From NCBI GenBank assembly GCA_019456305.1, contig VRUD01000008.1, positions 11,222 to 75,221 of the forward strand: DNA of 64,000 bases, written 5' to 3'. Origin of the DNA: Cytophagales bacterium (GTDB taxonomy: Bacteria; Bacteroidota; Bacteroidia; Cytophagales; VRUD01). How positions within the stretch are numbered: the first letter of the stretch is position 1; every line of letters begins with the position of its first letter. Shown here in pieces: positions 49,822-59,788 of this stretch. Below the pieces are notes generated by a model. That model made no database searches and was not told where the DNA came from. It saw only the letters and a list, made by a program, of their open reading frames with translations. The translations under genes and the position numbers were made by a program.

Positions 49822-50178
49822 ATGAATAATTTGATGTTTAAAAAGCTATTGTTTCTGGTATTGATTTTATTTTTCTTGGGCGCTTTTTCTTTCGCTCAGA
49901 GTGAAAATGCCACCCCCCTATCCCCCCTACCCTCTCTTGATAAGGGGGAAAAAGATGATGGTAAAATTCCCTCTGGTAAAAAAAATAATACTAATGCTAC
50001 CCCGGGTACCCTGGATGAAGGATCGCTTGAAAAGGATCAGGGTAAGGAAGTGCTGGATAAAGATGGAAAATCATTAAAGAGCAAGGGTATATTGTCTCCG
50101 GAAGGTAATCAAGAACCTAAATACCCTGCCGGCCACAAACCAATAAAAATTTCTGATAAGAATTGTCCGGTAACTTGA
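49822..50178 (+). CDS. Hypothetical exported low-complexity protein containing REP-derived segments
   Basis: Signal peptide; CCCCCCTATCCCCCC..GATAAGGGGG near 49912-49948 and CCCGGGTACCC near 50001. Confidence 0.55.
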   Translation: MNNLMFKKLLFLVLILFFLGAFSFAQSENATPLSPLPSLDKGEKDDGKIPSGKKNNTNATPGTLDEGSLEKDQGKEVLDKDGKSLKSKGILSPEGNQEPKYPAGHKPIKISDKNCPVT

Positions 50179-50193
50179 TTTATCGGAATTTCA

Positions 50194-51546
50194 ATGTTTT
50201 TAATGAAAATTGAACAATTTTACGATGGATCATTAGCCCATGCCTCTTACGCTATTCTAAGTAATGGTGAAATGGCAGTTATTGACCCAGGGCGCAATGC
50301 ACAGCCTTACTATGAATTTGCCCGTCTTAATAATGCCAAAATTGTGGCTGTAATTGAGACACACCCCCATGCTGATTTCGTCAGTAGTCATCTTGAAATC
50401 AGTAAAAAAACAGGAGCAACCATTTATGTAAGTAAATTACTCGGAGCTGACTACCCGCATTGTAGCTTTGATGAAGGGGAAACGATTAAATTGGGTGACG
50501 TGACACTAAAGTCCCTAAACACGCCCGGCCATTCTCCTGACAGCATTAGCATAGTGCTGGAAGATGAACATGGTAAAGATTATGCAGTATTTACCGGTGA
50601 TACCTTATTTATCGGGGATGTAGGCAGACCGGACTTGAGAGAAAAAGCAGGCCATGTTACCGCTAAAAGAGAAGGATTAGCCAGGGACATGTATCGTTCT
50701 ACAAGAGAAAAGCTCATACCCCTGGATGATGATGTGCTGGTTTATCCTGCTCATGGTGCCGGCAGCCTTTGCGGCAGGCACTTAAGTCCTGATCTGAGCA
50801 GTACAATGGGCAAAGAAAAAAGCAATAATTATGCCTTGCAGCCAATGAGTGAAGATGAATTTACAGAGGTGCTGCTAAAGGATCAGCCTTTTGTACCTAA
50901 ATACTTTGGTTATGCTGTGGAGCAGAACAAGAAAGGCGCCCGCGACCTTGAAGAAAGCGTTAAAGCCGTTCCACGCATTGAGTTCGATGTAAACCTGGCA
51001 GGTTTTCTAATTATTGATACCCGTCCGCAACAACAATTTAAAGCAGGACATATAAAAGGAGCTATCAACATTGCTGACCTGGAAGGTGACAGGTTTGAAA
51101 CCTGGTTAGGTTCCATTATTGGCCCCGAAGAAAAGTTTTACCTGACTGCTGAAAATGAAGAAGCCCTGGAAAAGGTAATCCGCAGGATAGCTAAAATAGG
51201 ATATGAGACCAACATTAAAGCGGCTTTTGTTAATCCTGATAACACTAATGAGACAAATCCATCATTAGACCTGGAACATTTCAAATCTGCCCCTGATTCA
51301 TATACTGTCATTGATATAAGAAATGAATCGGAAGCGAGGGACAGTCAGCTATTTTCAAACAGCCTCAATGTTCCTTTACCCCAGTTAAGAGAGCGTATAG
51401 ATGAAATACCTTTAAATAAACCGATCGTTGTTCATTGTGCCGGTGGTTATCGTTCGGCTGCGGGTTCTTGTATTATCAGGAATCATGTTAAAGATGTGGT
51501 GGTATATGATTTGGGGGAAGTGGTGATGGAGTTTGGTTTAGAGTAA
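50194..51546 (+). CDS. MBL-fold metallo-hydrolase with rhodanese domains (persulfide dioxygenase-like)
   Basis: ETHPHADF, TPGHS, FTGDTLFIGDVGRPDL, PAHGAGS, HCAGGYRS; start may be ATG 50203. Confidence 0.92.
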   Translation: MFLMKIEQFYDGSLAHASYAILSNGEMAVIDPGRNAQPYYEFARLNNAKIVAVIETHPHADFVSSHLEISKKTGATIYVSKLLGADYPHCSFDEGETIKLGDVTLKSLNTPGHSPDSISIVLEDEHGKDYAVFTGDTLFIGDVGRPDLREKAGHVTAKREGLARDMYRSTREKLIPLDDDVLVYPAHGAGSLCGRHLSPDLSSTMGKEKSNNYALQPMSEDEFTEVLLKDQPFVPKYFGYAVEQNKKGARDLEESVKAVPRIEFDVNLAGFLIIDTRPQQQFKAGHIKGAINIADLEGDRFETWLGSIIGPEEKFYLTAENEEALEKVIRRIAKIGYETNIKAAFVNPDNTNETNPSLDLEHFKSAPDSYTVIDIRNESEARDSQLFSNSLNVPLPQLRERIDEIPLNKPIVVHCAGGYRSAAGSCIIRNHVKDVVVYDLGEVVMEFGLE

Positions 51547-51768
51547 ATTTGTATATCAAAGGAAGATGTAGCTAATATTTTAAGAGTTACAGTGAACGTA
51601 AAAGTGAAAGTGAAAAAATAACCACTCTCACTTTTCCGAGCTACTATAATAGTATTTCCAATCTTATTTCTTACCTTCGCCCCGAATCTATTTAATGATT
51701 TACCGATTTGGAAATTTATTGATTTGTGAATCACCAAATCTCTAAATCAAAAAATCGCCTAATAGCCT

Positions 51769-51851
51769 GCGGATGTGGCGGAATTGGTAGACGCACTAGC
51801 CTTAGGAGCTAGCGGGCTTTGCCCATGGGGGTTCGAGTCCCTTCATCCGCA
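51769..51851 (+). tRNA. tRNA-Leu (TAG)
   Basis: GCGGATGTGGCGGAATTGGTAGACGC-ACTAGC-CTTAGGA-GCTAG...GGTTCGAGTCCCTTCATCCGCA, long variable arm. Confidence 0.95.
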
Positions 51852-51945
51852 CGAAGAAATGCCTAAAATGCACTAAATTCCTGAAATTTTTGTTCAGTAT
51901 AAACATCAATTTCTTTAATTTTAGGCATTATTTTAGAAATTTTTC

Positions 51946-53010
51946 ATGCAAATAACATTAGATAATAAAGATTCAGGAAATGCTGCTCTCAAAGTAAGCA
52001 TAGCCAAAGAAGATTACCAGTCAAACATAGACAAAAAAGTCAAGGACTACGGAAAAAGCGCTAAATTAAAGGGTTTTAGGCAGGGTAAGGTTCCTGTATC
52101 TATTATAAAAAAAATGATCGGGAAAAGATTGCTCATTGATGAGATCAACAATCTTGTAAGGGAATCGGTCAGTAACTATCTGAAAGAAAATAAGATCAAG
52201 CTTATCGGTGAGCCTTTGCCGGATAATGATAAAAACAATAATATTGACTGGGAGAATCAAAATGAATTTGAATTTAAATATGATATCGGCATTACACCTG
52301 ATTTTATATGTGATATTTCAAAAAAGCTGAGGCTAAACAGGTACAAGATTAAAATTACCGATAAAACTGTTAATGATGCCATTGATGACCTTGTAAAGAA
52401 AATTGGCAGCAAAAATAAAAAAAGTTCTCCTTCACTCGACCAGCAATTTTTTGATAAGGTGTTTGGAGAAGGGGTGGTTAGGAGCAAAGAAGAATTTACT
52501 GAAAAATTAAAAGAAACAATTGCCCATAATTATGAAAAGGAATCTGATAATTTCTTATTAAAGGAGATTCGGGATATGATATTACTAAATACTAAAATGG
52601 ATCTTCCAATGGATTTTCTTAATAAATGGTTTTCGGTTTCTAACAATGGTGATCTTACTAAAAAACAATTTGTTACTGTGTTTGATGATTATGTTCAGGA
52701 GCTCAAATGGTCGCTTATTCAAAATAAAATTGCTGATGATAATAAAATAAAGGTCACTAATGAAGAAATATTACAAATGGCAACTTTAATTGTAAGATCT
52801 CGTTATGCTAACCTGGAAATGAATCAGCAAACAGAAGAAAATATTAATGCCTTTGCTAACAATTATTTAAAAGAAAATGACGGTAGAAATTACCAGAACT
52901 TGTATCAGCAACTGTTTTTTCAGAAAACAACTAAATTTATAAAGGAAAATATCACTATTAAAGAGAAAAAAGTAGATATAGAGGAATTTAAAAAGCTTGC
53001 GGTTGAGTGA
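51946..53010 (+). CDS. tig: Trigger factor, shortened (central domain apparently absent)
   Basis: GFRQGKVP ribosome-binding motif; FFDKVFGEG, LKWSLI; upstream of clpP-clpX. Confidence 0.9.
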   Translation: MQITLDNKDSGNAALKVSIAKEDYQSNIDKKVKDYGKSAKLKGFRQGKVPVSIIKKMIGKRLLIDEINNLVRESVSNYLKENKIKLIGEPLPDNDKNNNIDWENQNEFEFKYDIGITPDFICDISKKLRLNRYKIKITDKTVNDAIDDLVKKIGSKNKKSSPSLDQQFFDKVFGEGVVRSKEEFTEKLKETIAHNYEKESDNFLLKEIRDMILLNTKMDLPMDFLNKWFSVSNNGDLTKKQFVTVFDDYVQELKWSLIQNKIADDNKIKVTNEEILQMATLIVRSRYANLEMNQQTEENINAFANNYLKENDGRNYQNLYQQLFFQKTTKFIKENITIKEKKVDIEEFKKLAVE

Positions 53011-53100
53011 AGACCCGATGCTAATAATTAAGAACTTATCTTCGCAAATTAATTAAAAAATGAAATTACTAAATATTGAGCGAAGTAAAAATAATATAAA

Positions 53101-53193
53101 GTTACTGGGTACTGGGTGCTGGGTACTGGTAGAGTGAATACTGTCAGAAAGAATTACTAATAACCCAGAACCCAGTAACCAGAGCCCAGTAGC
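53101..53193. repeat. Inverted CTGGGT/ACCCAG heptamer arms
   Basis: gttactgggtactgggtgctgggtactggt ... acccagaacccagtaaccagagcccagtagc. Confidence 0.85.
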
Positions 53194-53268
53194 TGTTCAT
53201 TAAGAGCACAAATAATAGATTTGAATATAAATTTCATTTAAACATTGAAATTCCGACTACAGTAAATT

Positions 53269-53952
53269 ATGCTCAACAAAGAAGAATTCAGAAAATACGC
53301 CATAAAAGCCCGGGGTATGAGCTCAATGGTGGTTGATGATTATATCAGTACGGTGGAAAATATGACCCGTTCGGTGATAGAGGAACGCCCTACACATTTT
53401 AGAGAAATTGATGTTTTTTCTCGATTGATAATGGATAGGATCATTTTTTTGGGCTTACCAATTGATGACAATATTGGAAATATCATCACAGCACAATTAT
53501 TATTCCTGGAATCAACAGATGCCAGCAGGGATATCCTGATGTATATAAATACTCCCGGAGGATCGATTTATGCAGGTTTGGGTATCTATGACACTATGCA
53601 ATATATAAATCCTAAAATTGCAACTATATGCACTGGCTTAGCCGCATCAATGGGCGCTATTCTTCTCTGCGGGGGGGCAGCCGGAAGAAGATCTGCACTG
53701 CCTCATGCGAGGATTATGGTGCATCAGCCCATAGGTGGGATTCAGGGACAAGCTTCGGATATTGAGATTACTGCCAGGGAGATCCAGAAATTAAAAAAAG
53801 AATTGTACGAGATCATTGCACTTCATACAGGTAAAGAATATAAAAAAATATGGAATGATGCTGACAGAGATTACTGGATGACAGCAGAAGAAGCGAAAAA
53901 ATATGGTCTCGTTGATGAAGTGCTGCTGAAGCGCAAAGCCAAAGACGCATAG
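53269..53952 (+). CDS. clpP: ATP-dependent Clp protease proteolytic subunit
   Basis: DVFSRL, YINTPGG, GLAASMG, MVHQP, DRDYWM. Confidence 0.97.
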   Translation: MLNKEEFRKYAIKARGMSSMVVDDYISTVENMTRSVIEERPTHFREIDVFSRLIMDRIIFLGLPIDDNIGNIITAQLLFLESTDASRDILMYINTPGGSIYAGLGIYDTMQYINPKIATICTGLAASMGAILLCGGAAGRRSALPHARIMVHQPIGGIQGQASDIEITAREIQKLKKELYEIIALHTGKEYKKIWNDADRDYWMTAEEAKKYGLVDEVLLKRKAKDA

Positions 53953-54039
53953 TGTAGTACTTAGTTGCAAAAGTAATAGTTATTATGACACTCAATTATA
54001 CTTCTCAATTACTATTGAATTACTATCGTAAATAAAAAA

Positions 54040-55266
54040 ATGGCTTTAATCACTTGTTCATTTTGCGAAAAGACCAAAAAAGATGTCGCGTTGATGATAT
54101 CAGGCATTCATGGCCACATTTGCGATGAATGTATAGCTCAGGCGCAACAAATTTTAAAAGAAGAGACCAAAGGTAAAGACGGAAGATACTCGCCCAAATT
54201 TACCCTTATCAAGCCTGTAGACATGAAAAAATTTCTCGATGAGTTTGTAATAGGCCAGGATGCTGCTAAAAAAGTGATAGCAGTAGCGGTTTATAATCAT
54301 TACAAACGATTAATGCAGAAGAGAGTTGATGAGGATACCATTATCGAAAAATCAAACATAATAATGGTTGGTGAGACCGGTACAGGCAAGACCTATCTTG
54401 CCCGTATGCTTGCAAAGATACTGCAGGTTCCATTCTGTATTGCTGATGCAACTGTATTAACTGAATCAGGTTATGTAGGTGAAGACGTTGAGAGTGTATT
54501 GACAAGATTGTTGCAGGTAGCTAATTTTGATCTTGCTGCAGCCGAAAGAGGTATTGTTTATATTGATGAAATAGATAAAATAGCCAGGAAAGCTGACAAC
54601 CCCTCCATTACAAGAGATGTGAGTGGTGAAGGCGTTCAGCAGGCATTGTTAAAATTGCTTGAAGGTACTACGATAAATGTCCCCCCAAAAGGCGGCAGAA
54701 AACATCCTGAACAAAAGATGATCGTTGTAAATACTGAAAATATTTTGTTTATCTGTGGTGGCGCATTTGACGGGATAGATAAAATAATTGCAGGGCGCTT
54801 GAATAAAAGGCCTATCGGATTTGCCAGTAAAGATGATGAAGATTTTGAGTTTATTAAAGATAATATATATCACTATGTTACCGCTCAGGATCTAAGAACT
54901 TATGGACTTATCCCTGAATTGATAGGCCGCCTGCCAGTGGTTACTTACTTAGACCCGCTTGATAAGGAAGATTTAAGAAAAATTCTTACTACGCCAAAGA
55001 ATGCGATTATAAAACAATATATTAAGCTCTTTGAGATGGAAGGTATCAAGCTAAAATTTCAAGAAGAAACATTGGAATATATTGTAGATAAAGCTATGGA
55101 ATATAAGCTGGGAGCAAGAGGTTTAAGGTCCGTATGCGAAACGATTATGACAGATGCTATGTTTGAACTACCATCAAAAGAAGGAGTTGATAAGTTTGTG
55201 GTCACAAAAAATTATGTTGAAAAAGAGTTTGAAAAGTCGAAGTTTAAAGGGCTGAAAGTTGCCTAA
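54040..55266 (+). CDS. clpX: Clp protease ATP-binding subunit
   Basis: CSFC..ICDEC zinc finger, [33 protein letters not shown]. Confidence 0.97.
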   Translation: MALITCSFCEKTKKDVALMISGIHGHICDECIAQAQQILKEETKGKDGRYSPKFTLIKPVDMKKFLDEFVIGQDAAKKVIAVAVYNHYKRLMQKRVDEDTIIEKSNIIMVGETGTGKTYLARMLAKILQVPFCIADATVLTESGYVGEDVESVLTRLLQVANFDLAAAERGIVYIDEIDKIARKADNPSITRDVSGEGVQQALLKLLEGTTINVPPKGGRKHPEQKMIVVNTENILFICGGAFDGIDKIIAGRLNKRPIGFASKDDEDFEFIKDNIYHYVTAQDLRTYGLIPELIGRLPVVTYLDPLDKEDLRKILTTPKNAIIKQYIKLFEMEGIKLKFQEETLEYIVDKAMEYKLGARGLRSVCETIMTDAMFELPSKEGVDKFVVTKNYVEKEFEKSKFKGLKVA

Positions 55267-55267
55267 A

Positions 55268-55338
55268 GCGCAGGGCGCATAGCGCATGCCAAAAGGGCCT
55301 GAGCATGGTGGAACGCCCTGCGCTATGCGCCCTGCGCC
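55268..55338. repeat. Inverted GCGCA(GG/TA) heptamer arms between clpX and lpxB, supplying the lpxB stop
   Basis: gcgcagggcgcatagcgca ... tgcgctatgcgccctgcgc. Confidence 0.85.
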
Positions 55339-56483
55339 AGATACTTCACCATCAATGAAGCTGCTTTGGCAGAAGCCCCCTTTTCCCCCAGCATTAACCC
55401 GATCTTCTTAAATTCTTCAATCTGTCTATTTCTACATTCTGGGTTAAAAAGCACCTTTTTGAATTCATCAATGATATTGCGTAGATTATAATCCTGCTGT
55501 ATCAATTCCTTCACTATTTCCTTCCCTGCAATTAAATTTTCCAAAGAAATATATTTGACTTTTATTAAAAGCCGTACGATCAGGTAAGAGATCACGCTGG
55601 TTTTGTAACAAACAACATGAGGTATTCCCAGCAATGAAGTTTCCAAAGTCGCTGTGCCTGATGTCACCAGCGCAGCTTCTGAATGAGCTAACAGATCATA
55701 GGTTTGATCGTAGACGATCTTAAGGTTTTGGATTTCGTTCCGCCTTTCCCCTGCAACTCTGGGGACACTGGGGATTGGATTTAGGATTTGTTCATATAAT
55801 GAACCAGACACATTGGAAACTGCTGCTACTACAATATGATAATCGCCAAATGCCTTACAGATACTATTTACAAAAGGCAACATTTTTTTAATTTCCTGCC
55901 TGCGGCTGCCGGGGAGTATTGCCAGAATTGGCTTTTGATCAAGCTCGTGTTGTTGTCTGAAATTGTGATTTATTTGATGGCCTGATACAGCATCCAGTGT
56001 CGGGTTGCCTACGTAATCTACCTGGTAATCAAATTTTTTGTAAAATTCTTTTTCAAAAGGAAAAATAACAAACATCCTGTCAACCAGCTTCTTTATTTTG
56101 AAAACCCTCGACTGATTCCATGCCCAAACTTTTGGAGATATATAATAAAAGACTTTATACCTATGCTTTTTGGCAAATTTTGCTACCCTCATATTAAAGC
56201 CGGCAAAATCAACTAAAATGAGTACATCTGGCTTATAACGTAGAATATCTCTTTTACAAACTTTCAGCAGTCTCAGCACTTTACCAAATTTAGCAGCCAC
56301 TTCAAGAATGCCCATAAAAGAGAGCTCTTTATTGTGAATTGCAAGGGTTGCGCCCTCTTTTTTCATTGTATCACCGCCACAACAACGAAATTCCCAATTT
56401 GTATCTCCTTTTTTTATCTCCTTCATCAGGTTAGACGCATGAAGGTCACCGGAACTTTCACCTGCTATAATATAATATTTCAT
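55323..56483 (-). CDS. lpxB: Lipid-A-disaccharide synthase with a short insertion
   Basis: IAGESSGDLH, DFAGFN, YISPKVWAW, YVGNP, LPGSRRQEI, SGTATLE. Confidence 0.96.
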   Translation of the reverse strand: MKYYIIAGESSGDLHASNLMKEIKKGDTNWEFRCCGGDTMKKEGATLAIHNKELSFMGILEVAAKFGKVLRLLKVCKRDILRYKPDVLILVDFAGFNMRVAKFAKKHRYKVFYYISPKVWAWNQSRVFKIKKLVDRMFVIFPFEKEFYKKFDYQVDYVGNPTLDAVSGHQINHNFRQQHELDQKPILAILPGSRRQEIKKMLPFVNSICKAFGDYHIVVAAVSNVSGSLYEQILNPIPSVPRVAGERRNEIQNLKIVYDQTYDLLAHSEAALVTSGTATLETSLLGIPHVVCYKTSVISYLIVRLLIKVKYISLENLIAGKEIVKELIQQDYNLRNIIDEFKKVLFNPECRNRQIEEFKKIGLMLGEKGASAKAASLMVKYLAQGA

Positions 56484-56526
56484 TGCGTCAGGACTCTAAA
56501 CTTCTTCGTTTATTATCTTTATTAAT

Positions 56527-57097
56527 TGCATGGTTGCATGGTTGCATGACTGCATGATTGCATGGATGCATGGTTGCATGACGTGTTATTGATAATTTGA
56601 TTTCCATTTGTCATTTGAATTTAATTTTGATATCAGGTTTTTATTCATTTTAATCATTTTATTTTCAAACTCATAGATTTTGTCATCATAAATTATAAAA
56701 TCATCTTTACTTATCTGTGATGTAGATTGAAGTGCAAACATCTGAGTATAATTCTCAGCAGCCGAACTTAAAGAAATCTCATAATATCTCAGGTTTTCTT
56801 TTATACTTCTCCTTGAATATCCTTCAGCAATATTGCCAGACATAGAAAGTGCAGAATCTTCAATCTGTGCTTTAACTTTAAATGGAATTTGTGGATTTTT
56901 CTTTAGTATTTTGTGAACCAATATATAGAGTTCAATCGCTAATTGCCATATTTCCAGCTTTCTAAATCCACGATTTATATTACGGTTTCTATTTAATAAT
57001 TTTTCATCCATAGTTTATTCTACCTTACAATCATGCATCCATGCATCCATGCATCCATGCATCCTTGCAACCATGCATCCATGCATCCATGCATACC
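56527..57097. mobile_element. Four-helix-bundle gene flanked by inverted octamer arrays
   Basis: (GCATGGTT/GCATGGAT)n at 56527-56582 and (CATGCATC/CATGCAAC)n at 57030-57097. Confidence 0.75.
56586..57011 (-). CDS. Four-helix-bundle protein (23S rRNA IVP / TIGR02436-like)
   Basis: GFRKLEIWQLA, QI..SALS..GNIAEGYSR, ISLSSAAE..TQ. Confidence 0.9.
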   Translation of the reverse strand: MDEKLLNRNRNINRGFRKLEIWQLAIELYILVHKILKKNPQIPFKVKAQIEDSALSMSGNIAEGYSRRSIKENLRYYEISLSSAAENYTQMFALQSTSQISKDDFIIYDDKIYEFENKMIKMNKNLISKLNSNDKWKSNYQ

Positions 57098-57104
57098 TCC
57101 ATAT

Positions 57105-57524
57105 TTAAGTTTTCCCAAAATATTCCACATAATTCCTTGGCGTCTCATAAAGTTTAATACAATGCAGCCTGGCATTAGAGATGGTACAAATAGCCGGATC
57201 AAGTATTTTCCACACTTCTGCGACCAGATTTTCACAGCTTGCTATCTTTCCTTTCATAAAATCAACATCAAGGTTCAGGTTTTTATGATCAACTTTGTCA
57301 ATAACCTTTTCTTTTATCACCTCACTTAGTTTATTAAAATCAATTACAAAACCTGTATCAGGTTCCACTGCCCCCTTTACTGTTACGATCAGCTCAAAAT
57401 TATGCCCATGCCAGTTTTCATTAGCACATAGTCCAAACACCTCCTTGTTCTTTTCTACTGACCAGTTGGGATTACACAGCTTATGCGCTGCGTTGAAATG
57501 TTCTTTTCGGGTTAGGTAAATCAT
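57105..57524 (-). CDS. queD: 6-carboxytetrahydropterin synthase
   Basis: FNAAHKL, C.N.NWHGHN, DHKNLN, SCEN, LYETP; start at ATG 57524. Confidence 0.9.
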   Translation of the reverse strand: MIYLTRKEHFNAAHKLCNPNWSVEKNKEVFGLCANENWHGHNFELIVTVKGAVEPDTGFVIDFNKLSEVIKEKVIDKVDHKNLNLDVDFMKGKIASCENLVAEVWKILDPAICTISNARLHCIKLYETPRNYVEYFGKT

Positions 57525-57711
57525 TTTGTAAAAAGAAACCACGAATTACACTAATTCTATTTAAAAAGCAAACATATAAAAAAAATGCCTGAAATTTAAA
57601 ATATCTAAAATTTAGTTCTCTTTTAGGGTTTACCAATGATTGTTATGTGGAAATTTGGGTTATTATTTTATGGATAAATGGAAAGAGTTTGAAATGCAGC
57701 TGATTTAATAA

Positions 57712-57743
57712 ACCCCGCACCCCGAGTACTCGGGGTGCGGGGT
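57712..57743. repeat. 32-bp perfect palindrome with CCCGAGTACTCGGG core
   Basis: ACCCCGCACCCCGAGTACTCGGGGTGCGGGGT. Confidence 0.92.
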
Positions 57744-57988
57744 AAAGTATTAAAGATAACCACTTGATAAAGAGAAGAATAGACAAAAAGAGGAAAAATA
57801 CGTCCTATTGTGAATAAAGAGCTGCATTAAGACAATATGTTGCAAAAAATAATAATAATAGGGTCAACCAGCACCCAGTAACCAGCATCCAGTAGCTGAT
57901 AATTTGATGCATGATGTTAATAATGATTACAATTTAAGTTGTTTTTTTTAATTTAGATTTTTAGGTTTTATTTATTATCTGTTAGTTT

Positions 57989-59734
57989 TTATTGATATAT
58001 CACTTTCTTTGTTACTACCTCCCTATCACTTACTATTTGCAAGTAATATATACCTTTCACATATTTACTCAAATCAATAGGCAGGCTTACCTTACTTTTA
58101 CGGTCTGGTAAACTTTGAGAGAATATCAACTTCCCGTTAATTTGATATAGAGCGATGGACAGGTTGCCGTTATTATGTTTATCAATTTTTAATTTAAATT
58201 GACCGTTGTTGGGATTGGGATAAATTGTAAAATAACTATTGAATATTAAATATTGGTTAATATAAGAAGGTTGATCAACATTAGATATATTAGACCTTAC
58301 TGAATTATAAATAGTTGCTTTCAAAGAAGGTGTACAAATCGAAGGTGGAATAACCTCTATTACATATTTCACATTTCCCTGTTGCGGAGGCGACCAATCA
58401 GTATAGGTAAAATTTGTACTGAGGACAGAGGCTAATGAGTCAAAATTACCAGATACCTGATTATATCGTAAAATTGTGTAGAAATTAAACGTAAACCCTT
58501 CATAAGCATCCCATGTAAGATTTATTTCATTACCGGTACCCGGACTGGCGAGGAGATGAATCGTTTCGTGAAAATCGCCTAATGCACTTTCATTGCCACA
58601 AGAATCTATCACAGATAATTTATATCTGTAGGAGGTAGCTTGTGGATCCACAATATTACTAGTATCAACAAACACACTCAATGAGTTATAAAAAGCACTA
58701 CCAATATGTGTGTAAGACCCAAGAATATTTCTATAAATCCTGATGCTATCAATATGAACAGGAGATACCGGTTTCTCCCATACAATTATGTTTTTTGTTG
58801 AAGTACTATCAATTGTTATTATACAAATAGGCTGTGGAAGTGGTGCGATAATATTTACAGTAACGCTATCTGAGGCGGTAGAACCATTGGTATCCAGTAC
58901 CGTTACAGTATAGGTTGTTGTATCAAATGGAGAAGCTGTTGGATTAGCTAAAGTGGGATCATTTAAACCTGATGAAGGCGTCCATGAGTAAGTATATATA
59001 CCACTGCCACCGAAAGCGGTTGGTGTACCCCCTATGACTACACTATCCATGCAATTAATATTAACATCAATACCTGCATTAGCTGTTAATATTGAAACAT
59101 ATATATGGACATTATCAATCATCCAGTAGGACTCACCGCCTGACGTTTGCGCTGAAAATATAAACCTTACCTGTGCATTCGAAACTCCTGAAACTATGGT
59201 AAAAATATTGAATAACTTTGAATTATCCAAAGGAGTAGCCATACCAGGGGATAATGTGTCCCATACTCTTACCCAGCTAGTTCCATTAAATACATCAACA
59301 ATTATACTATCACCTGTATTTATCTGTAAGCTTTGATCCCATCTAAGCCATACAGTATCAAGTGCAGACGCATTAAAAACAGGGGATTTCAGAATTACTC
59401 TTCTACCGGCAAAACAACTGCATGTACCAACTAAGCAACATGATGAAACTCCTGGATACTGGCAATCATTGTATTTGCTGTCAAAGATAGCATGAAAATT
59501 ATCAATAGGTGGAGTGATAGGTCTTGAATTAGGATTATCAAAATACCAGATATCCAAAGCGGGATCACATGCTTGAGTTAGGGTATCCCACCCGGCTGGC
59601 GGTGTAGAACCTGCCGCTGTAGAAAAATCTTCAAAGAAGATCACTTGCTGTGCAAAACTGAAGTTTGTGAGCGCTATAGCCGCAACGAAACTTCCGCATA
59701 AAGCTGCTGTTTTTTTATTAATGATGGTTTTCAT
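57989..59734 (-). CDS. T9SS-secreted multidomain protein
   Basis: Signal peptide; FFEDF..WMIDNV jelly-roll-like domain; PKD-like repeat; DSCGNES/HETIHL; IYPNP CTD. Confidence 0.85.
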   Translation of the reverse strand: MKTIINKKTAALCGSFVAAIALTNFSFAQQVIFFEDFSTAAGSTPPAGWDTLTQACDPALDIWYFDNPNSRPITPPIDNFHAIFDSKYNDCQYPGVSSCCLVGTCSCFAGRRVILKSPVFNASALDTVWLRWDQSLQINTGDSIIVDVFNGTSWVRVWDTLSPGMATPLDNSKLFNIFTIVSGVSNAQVRFIFSAQTSGGESYWMIDNVHIYVSILTANAGIDVNINCMDSVVIGGTPTAFGGSGIYTYSWTPSSGLNDPTLANPTASPFDTTTYTVTVLDTNGSTASDSVTVNIIAPLPQPICIITIDSTSTKNIIVWEKPVSPVHIDSIRIYRNILGSYTHIGSAFYNSLSVFVDTSNIVDPQATSYRYKLSVIDSCGNESALGDFHETIHLLASPGTGNEINLTWDAYEGFTFNFYTILRYNQVSGNFDSLASVLSTNFTYTDWSPPQQGNVKYVIEVIPPSICTPSLKATIYNSVRSNISNVDQPSYINQYLIFNSYFTIYPNPNNGQFKLKIDKHNNGNLSIALYQINGKLIFSQSLPDRKSKVSLPIDLSKYVKGIYYLQIVSDREVVTKKVIYQ

Positions 59735-59788
59735 GATAATTGTTGTTAAGTTTAATATTGTTTGAATTGATTTGTGTGAATAATCTTA

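Noticed and set aside
49463..49825. ORFs 49463-49702, 49559-49825 and 49612-49818
   Set aside because: Translations of the stop-free heptamer array; no independent coding evidence.
56586..57011. Diversity-generating retroelement (Avd-like gene)
   Set aside because: No reverse transcriptase and no TR/VR pair with adenine-specific mismatches seen in the window.
57020..57329. ORFs 57020-57235 and 57033-57329
   Set aside because: Derived from the octamer array and overlapping queD.
57525..57720. preQ1 riboswitch upstream of queD
   Set aside because: I could not identify the consensus stem and A-rich tail; a covariance-model search would be needed.
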